The position numbers and the translations under genes were made by a program. Below, one piece after another: positions 58,617-64,000 of a stretch of DNA of 64,000 nucleotides. Below the pieces are notes generated by a model. It did no database searches. It was not told the origin of the DNA and saw only the letters and a program-made list of their open reading frames with translations. Position 1 is the first letter of the stretch; each line of letters opens with the position of its first letter. The DNA is taken from NCBI GenBank assembly GCA_020348925.1, contig CP070758.1:948469-1012468 (forward strand), in the 5' to 3' direction. The stretch comes from Gemmatimonadota bacterium. Its GTDB lineage: Bacteria > JBHIER01 > G020348925.

Positions 58617-60176
58617 CTATTCATCTCCGGTCGTAAACGTAGAATTCCAATTCGTTTCAAATGAGTTGCCATGAATATCCTCGGCACCATACCTGTTGTA
58701 CTCTTGAAACGTCTCTCTGTCATCCTCAAAGGTCCCAAGGACCCTCACCTGATATTTGGTAACTGCTCGAAGGAGTTCTGTCGGTGTGAAGACCATTTTC
58801 GTGGCAGGGGGATTGGGATCAACCGGTGGCTCTCCTTGTCGTCCCCCGGCTTCCCAGACTACCAACGCTCTGTCGTATATATAGGGGAACAGAATGGTCG
58901 TGTCCATGGTGGTCGGATTCAAAGGGGCAATAACCACTGTGGAATCCTGCCATGTCTCAAAATGGTACGAGCCTTCGATGCGTAAATTTTCGATAGGCAA
59001 ATTATTCCTCGTCGCCCAGAGATTTCCCTGATCATCACTGCGATATATTCCGGATGAAGTTGCGGCATATATACGCTCCGGAACCAACGGATTGCTCACC
59101 AGCATTGAAAGAGTTGTTGAAGGTGGAATGTTGCCCGTGGCAAGCCAACTCTGACCTGCATCAAAACTCTGAAAGATTCCACCACCCGTGCTGATCACAA
59201 CTGTACTGATATTCTGAGGATGCAGGACAATAGATTGAATTTCCAGGTTGGTTAATCCTGAATTCATCATAGTCCAATTGGAACCGCCGTTTTCTGTTTT
59301 ATACATTCCACCCCCATCTGAACCGGCAAAGACCAAGGCGGTATCTTGTGGATGTATGGCAAGAGTATTGAAATTGAATGTAAATAAACCTGTTCTCAGC
59401 CTTGTCCAGCTCTCACCCCCGTTCATACTCTTCAGGATAAAATCACCCTGAGTAGCGGCATACAGGGTATGTGAATCAAGGGGATTTATCACGATATTCC
59501 GGGGTCCTCTGCTCGGATTCACCCCATTATTTTTTGCACTCCAGCTCACTCCGCCATTATCAGATTTGTAAATGCCGGTTGAATTCATGGCAGCGTAAAT
59601 TATGTCTTCATTCGTGGGATCAACGGCGAGAGCCAAAACGTTCATTTCGGGTAACCCGTTGCTTATTTGCTGCCAAGTAGCACCTGCATCCAGGCTCCTA
59701 TAGATACCGCTGTCACTGGTCGCAGCATACAATAGATTTGAATTCCGGGATACGACCAGATCTGTCAAGACCATCTGCATCGTTAATGGAGTAAGCCAAA
59801 ACCATGACTCGGCCCCGTCTTCACTCTTAAATATTCCTTTTCCCGCAGTGGCTGTATATATAATACTCGGATTGTTCTGATCGATTGCAATAACAGGTGT
59901 GGATCCGATAGTAATGGAGGACCACATCCAGAAATTCTCTATGACCGAGGCCTCATTCATGAGTTCGTCAAACCAGATCGTAACAGTTGTGTTTCTGGGA
60001 ACATCAGTCGCAGTACCTACTGGAACACGATGTTCCACACCCGGTCTTCGCACATCTTCAGCTACATAGTCGGGATCGGTTGGCACACGTTTTTTGGAAC
60101 AGCCGGCAAGACACAAGAATATGAATATTATTATGAGTAAAGCTATGAATAGAATAACAGTATTTTTTAACCTCAT
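58617..60176 (-). CDS. Lipoprotein with BNR/Asp-box beta-propeller inserted in an Ig-like (Big_5-type) domain
   Basis: Lipobox LAGC; repeated SxDxGxxW; Ig-like halves at the N- and C-termini. Confidence 0.8.
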   Translation of the reverse strand: MRLKNTVILFIALLIIIFIFLCLAGCSKKRVPTDPDYVAEDVRRPGVEHRVPVGTATDVPRNTTVTIWFDELMNEASVIENFWMWSSITIGSTPVIAIDQNNPSIIYTATAGKGIFKSEDGAESWFWLTPLTMQMVLTDLVVSRNSNLLYAATSDSGIYRSLDAGATWQQISNGLPEMNVLALAVDPTNEDIIYAAMNSTGIYKSDNGGVSWSAKNNGVNPSRGPRNIVINPLDSHTLYAATQGDFILKSMNGGESWTRLRTGLFTFNFNTLAIHPQDTALVFAGSDGGGMYKTENGGSNWTMMNSGLTNLEIQSIVLHPQNISTVVISTGGGIFQSFDAGQSWLATGNIPPSTTLSMLVSNPLVPERIYAATSSGIYRSDDQGNLWATRNNLPIENLRIEGSYHFETWQDSTVVIAPLNPTTMDTTILFPYIYDRALVVWEAGGRQGEPPVDPNPPATKMVFTPTELLRAVTKYQVRVLGTFEDDRETFQEYNRYGAEDIHGNSFETNWNSTFTTGDE

Positions 60177-60201
60177 AATCTCTCCTCAATCGTTATGGAT
60201 G

Positions 60202-61212
60202 TCAGAACGCAAAAATGATCGAAAATCTCTGAGCATTATCCAGTAAGCCATAAGTACCGTAAGCGTAATCGACTCTCATTTCAATTCCCTGGGAGCTTAT
60301 TATTTTCAAACCAAAACCGAGGGTCACATCCGCCTCGTCATATTCGATTTTGTATCCCCCGCGAAAAAACACCATATCTCTGACAGCCAGTTCCCCTCCT
60401 GCAGCGGCTCGATGGGTAAAATCCCGGGAGTCCATAACTTCCGAAGCAATCGTCACCCGTAAGTCATCTCTTCGGACGACATCCGTAGCCACACCGAACC
60501 GAATGAGCAGCGGAATATCCCAGGAATCGGTTCCCAACTGAGCCCTCGTATACTTCGTTCCTGGATCCTCGATGTGTTGAACGGTCAAGCTGGGTCCCTC
60601 CAGTTGCATTTGCCCGCCAAGATTGGAAAGGGCGAAGCCGATGCGCATGTCGTTCAAAAAGTTGGTCATAAATATACTTCCCACATCGATGGCCACTGTG
60701 CTGGCTTTTTCCTGGTCCAATCGCTCGGAGATATACTTCAGAGTCATCCCTGCAGAAAAACGGTCGGTGAGCCTCTTGGAGTAAGTGAGTCCGGCGGCAA
60801 AGTCCGCGGCGCTGAAGGTTCGTCCGGTTCCGTCAGGTTTGTCAATGGTCGTTTCCTCCATTTCCCCGGAGGAGAACGAATATATGCTACAACCTATTGT
60901 TCCCAGGTTTCCTGTATTGTAAGAGATACCGAAAAAATAGAGACGCATATCCAGCAGCCAATCAGTGATCTGAAAGAGCGCCTCGTTCTTTTTCAGGGTG
61001 GCCAAACCACCCGGATTCCAATAGAGGGAAGTGATGTCATCCGATACAGCGACGTATGCATCCCCCATGGCGGTGGCCCGCGCTCCGACTCCAATTTTGA
61101 GAAAATTGGCCATTGAAGTTCCCACCTGGTTCAGGTCCGACTCCTGCCCGAACGAAGTCATGCAGCTCAGGATAAGGAGGACCAGACAAAAAGAGAGGCT
61201 CCTGATATTCAT
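60202..61212 (-). CDS. PorV/PorQ (UPF0164) family outer-membrane beta-barrel
   Basis: FLKIGVGARATAMG, YWNPGGL and C-terminal Phe. Confidence 0.9.
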   Translation of the reverse strand: MNIRSLSFCLVLLILSCMTSFGQESDLNQVGTSMANFLKIGVGARATAMGDAYVAVSDDITSLYWNPGGLATLKKNEALFQITDWLLDMRLYFFGISYNTGNLGTIGCSIYSFSSGEMEETTIDKPDGTGRTFSAADFAAGLTYSKRLTDRFSAGMTLKYISERLDQEKASTVAIDVGSIFMTNFLNDMRIGFALSNLGGQMQLEGPSLTVQHIEDPGTKYTRAQLGTDSWDIPLLIRFGVATDVVRRDDLRVTIASEVMDSRDFTHRAAAGGELAVRDMVFFRGGYKIEYDEADVTLGFGLKIISSQGIEMRVDYAYGTYGLLDNAQRFSIIFAF

Positions 61213-61224
61213 CTCGAAAACTCC

Positions 61225-63603
61225 TTATTTGATGATCACAAATTTTCCGCTCGTATTTCCTAAATCAGACTGCAGATGATACAAGTACAAGCCGGGTGCC
61301 ACTTCCCTGTTTTCGTGACTGCGGAGGTTCCACTCTTCCTCCGAGGATATGGGAGAACTGGCATCATGATACAGTGTTTCGATCAATTCCCCGGCTACAT
61401 TGAAAATTCGAATGGTGCAGACTGCCGGGAGATGGGTGAATTTGAGCATCCGCTCCCTCGGTGCCGTCTCCTGGGGATTAATAACTTTATAAGGATTGGG
61501 TACAACTTTGACAAGATCGAGCTCGGATTCGGTCATCGCAACGAGAGCATGAGGGGTGACGGTCACCACATTTGGACCGGATGTTCGTGCATTCTGGAGT
61601 GGCTGTACACCTTCCGATGTCTCATCACCGGCCCCATACGCAATCACGGCATAGCGATATGTAAAACCGTTAAATACATTATCATCCGTATATACATATC
61701 GAACAGTGTCCGGTACAGCTTTGCCCAAGTCTTGAACAAAGACTTCTCTCACCGAATCCGTTGGAGCGGTTATACCTTCAAATCCTGTATCGCTGCCCCG
61801 CTGAAAACTCGGGAGCACCGGTGAGGGACCGGTGATTCCGTTGGCCAAATCGTATTGGGCTGCCGGCACGTAGTCGATGACGGTGCCATTTTCGTCAGTG
61901 ATAGGAAGGGTTCCCCACGTACTCCCCCCATCTTCACTGCGGAAGATCTTGTACCCTTCGAAGGGCTGCCGCCCCACCAAAGCGTTTAAAGAGTCTTGTT
62001 CACTCAGAGTACCCCATCTCAGGATGACTTTTCCGCTTTCCACTTCGGTTATGATTTGCGGCTCAAAGGGGGGCTTTGGCACGATCCAGCCGGATTCGAA
62101 TATTCCCCTGGCAACCTTGGCATTTTTGAAGAGATCGGCGCGACTTTCGCCCATAATCGTGGCGCAGATCAGGGTATCGGTTTCACCGGGATCTAATCGG
62201 AAAGGACCGGTATTGATGGTCATACCGGCTTTATATCCATCATTGTACAGTACTTCGGAGCCCATCGGGAAAGGATACTCCCAGGTCCAGTTGTCTATCC
62301 GATCGCCATCAGGATCATCCGGATCCGTGTTCCCCCCCCACTGGCCGGTATTGGCCACATTCAGCCAATAAAAATTTTCACAATAATTGCCGATCCCATG
62401 AACCTCCCCACTGTTGGTGGCATCAAAAGCATCCCAGGCTGTAATCCCCAACTCCTCACCGGTCAAGGTATCCTTGGGTGTCTGTAAGAAAATCACCCCT
62501 GCCAGGGCCACCCTGTCCACCGGGCTTTCATCGGTCAGCTTGGCTTTGATTCCCGAGTCCCACTCACCGTACGTAGCGCCGGCCACCTCCCCATCCCCAT
62601 CCCAGCCGTAGCCGATTTTATATTCCTTCCCCCTCTCCTCATCAACATCATAGGTGTCAAAAGCAAAACAGTCCGTTTTGGAATAGCTATTATATTGGGC
62701 ATAGCTGGCCCAGGGGAAATCGAAATCGGCAAACATTCCGACATAGGTAGTCTCAATGGGCGCAGTGCCGATATTGGTGACGGTAAATATCCAGAAGAGA
62801 ACATCCTCGGCCAGGTCTCCTTTCCAGCTCAGTCCACGGAGTGCCGTATAGACCATCAAGTGCCCGCGTGAACTTGAATCGTCGTCCCGCGTTTTGGCAA
62901 AACTCACAGTGAAGCTCTCTTGATCAGCGATCACTTTTCCAGGGTAATACAGGTCGGGGGGAGAGTATTTATTGGGCCCTGCACCAGGAAATCCCAGAGA
63001 AGTATCCAGAGGAAGGGGAATTGGATCGGCCCAGCCCAGATTGTATATCGTGGGATAGGTAGAGTCCGTTCTGTCCAGTACAGGATCGCTGGTCGGATAC
63101 GTCTCCGGCCAACCGCCCTGAGGCCAACCGCTGCTGTCGTCGCTCACCGCGACAAGATTAGTATTCTCCTCAGTTGAGAGTGGCGGAATGTAATCGGGAA
63201 AACCGTCAAAATGAAAGCCCTTATAGAACCGATAGCTGGCCTGATCACCGCTCTCCACCAGCGCCTTGTTGGCACTGTTGGGGTCTTTCATAGGATTCCA
63301 GTCTGGACTCAAGTCCGTAGAAAAACCACCGACGTGAAACGAAACCCCTGTGGCATAATAGATGTGGCGTCCGCCCAGTTCCGGATTGTACGGAAACTCG
63401 AAAGCCGGAAATTTGGTCAACTCAAGGTACTTCAATCGTCCGGAACCAATATTGTTGGTGTTGGACATTCTGGTGACCAATTTCCCGACGCCAAAATTTC
63501 CCCAACGCTCCCACTCCAACCGCTGCTGACCAATAACGACTGCGTTCATTGTCATTAGCAGGGCTGCAAAAAACAGGGTGCCACATATACTTCTTTTTTT
63601 CAT
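61225..63603 (-). CDS. Secreted protein with Fn3-like region and VVPNPY-type CTD (TonB/PorV-associated)
   Basis: Signal peptide; FEGYKIFRS; VKVVPNPY...FTHLP..CTIRIFN..G...WNL...PGLYLY...GKFVIIK. Confidence 0.8.
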   Translation of the reverse strand: MKKRSICGTLFFAALLMTMNAVVIGQQRLEWERWGNFGVGKLVTRMSNTNNIGSGRLKYLELTKFPAFEFPYNPELGGRHIYYATGVSFHVGGFSTDLSPDWNPMKDPNSANKALVESGDQASYRFYKGFHFDGFPDYIPPLSTEENTNLVAVSDDSSGWPQGGWPETYPTSDPVLDRTDSTYPTIYNLGWADPIPLPLDTSLGFPGAGPNKYSPPDLYYPGKVIADQESFTVSFAKTRDDDSSSRGHLMVYTALRGLSWKGDLAEDVLFWIFTVTNIGTAPIETTYVGMFADFDFPWASYAQYNSYSKTDCFAFDTYDVDEERGKEYKIGYGWDGDGEVAGATYGEWDSGIKAKLTDESPVDRVALAGVIFLQTPKDTLTGEELGITAWDAFDATNSGEVHGIGNYCENFYWLNVANTGQWGGNTDPDDPDGDRIDNWTWEYPFPMGSEVLYNDGYKAGMTINTGPFRLDPGETDTLICATIMGESRADLFKNAKVARGIFESGWIVPKPPFEPQIITEVESGKVILRWGTLSEQDSLNALVGRQPFEGYKIFRSEDGGSTWGTLPITDENGTVIDYVPAAQYDLANGITGPSPVLPSFQRGSDTGFEGITAPTDSVREVFVQDLGKAVPDTVRYVYTDDNVFNGFTYRYAVIAYGAGDETSEGVQPLQNARTSGPNVVTVTPHALVAMTESELDLVKVVPNPYKVINPQETAPRERMLKFTHLPAVCTIRIFNVAGELIETLYHDASSPISSEEEWNLRSHENREVAPGLYLYHLQSDLGNTSGKFVIIK

Positions 63604-63702
63604 AGTCGGACTCCTATCGTAATGTCGGAGTATTGTGAATGAACAATAGCGGAGGTAGAGGATATATTGACGTTCATTTGAAGTTCACCAATTCATATTT
63701 GT

Positions 63703-64000
63703 CTAAAAGACAACCTGCAATCCGATTCGTGCGATGCGGCCGTCTGAGATGCGTCTCGGATTGGCGTCGTGGGCGGGGGGCGTGTCGGCATCACCGTCAT
63801 CGTTCCATTTCCCCGTAACATCATACACCCAATAGATATTTTTTCGATTGAAGACGTTAAAGATCTGAAGATACAAGGTTTCCCTGAGACCGAAAAAGTT
63901 GAAATATTTGCTGAGTCTCATATCAACGTTAATATTCCACGGCATACGTTTCGTATTTTTTTGCTCGGCCAGTTCTGAATAGGGTCTTCCCGATTTCATC
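63703..64000 (-). CDS. C-terminus of a TonB-dependent receptor (partial)
   Basis: SGRPYS, DMRLSK, IFNVFNRKN and terminal RIGLQVVF. Confidence 0.82.
   Translation of the reverse strand, partial: MKSGRPYSELAEQKNTKRMPWNINVDMRLSKYFNFFGLRETLYLQIFNVFNRKNIYWVYDVTGKWNDDGDADTPPAHDANPRRISDGRIARIGLQVVF

Overview
This is a 64 kb scaffold segment with three ~100-N gaps (7310-7409, 27631-27730, 31220-31319). T9SS-like C-terminal domains, a PorV-family gene, strong Shine-Dalgarno use and many dockerins suggest a non-Bacteroidota FCB-group bacterium such as KSB1 or Latescibacterota (inference). (1) 1-6078 (+): a RiPP-like maturation cluster (SPASM rSAM fragment, B12-rSAM, PqqD/RRE, second rSAM), followed by a small Tat-signal protein and a secreted protein with PxCFDP repeats and a dockerin. 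(2) An LRR protein cut by a gap. (3) 7410-15703 (-): a LacI-controlled GH130 + sugar ABC locus with three copies of a TCGAAnCGnTTCGA operator. (4) 15900-27630: an accessory zone with an orphan membrane histidine kinase, a ~2000-aa beta-helix surface protein, gene remnants, an S74-chaperone protein and two copies of a ~350-bp non-coding repeat. (5) 27731-31219 (-): a tandem-duplicated pair of dockerin genes, including a CHAP-domain enzyme and a stand-alone dockerin. (6) 32361-64000 (-): a ~32 kb polysaccharide locus for a heparin/heparan-sulfate-like substrate, with no recognisable SusD. It encodes a TonB receptor, a CTD protein, PorV, a beta-helix-dockerin-CTD protein, two phosphoesterases, GH88, two heparinases, GH2, GH97, CE15, a sulfamidase, a frameshifted anSME, an SSS transporter, galT and galK. 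The best candidates for new biology are the rSAM/RRE cluster with exported-protein substrates and the Cys-containing dockerin tag shared by eight secreted proteins. All calls are from motif reading only; no searches were run.
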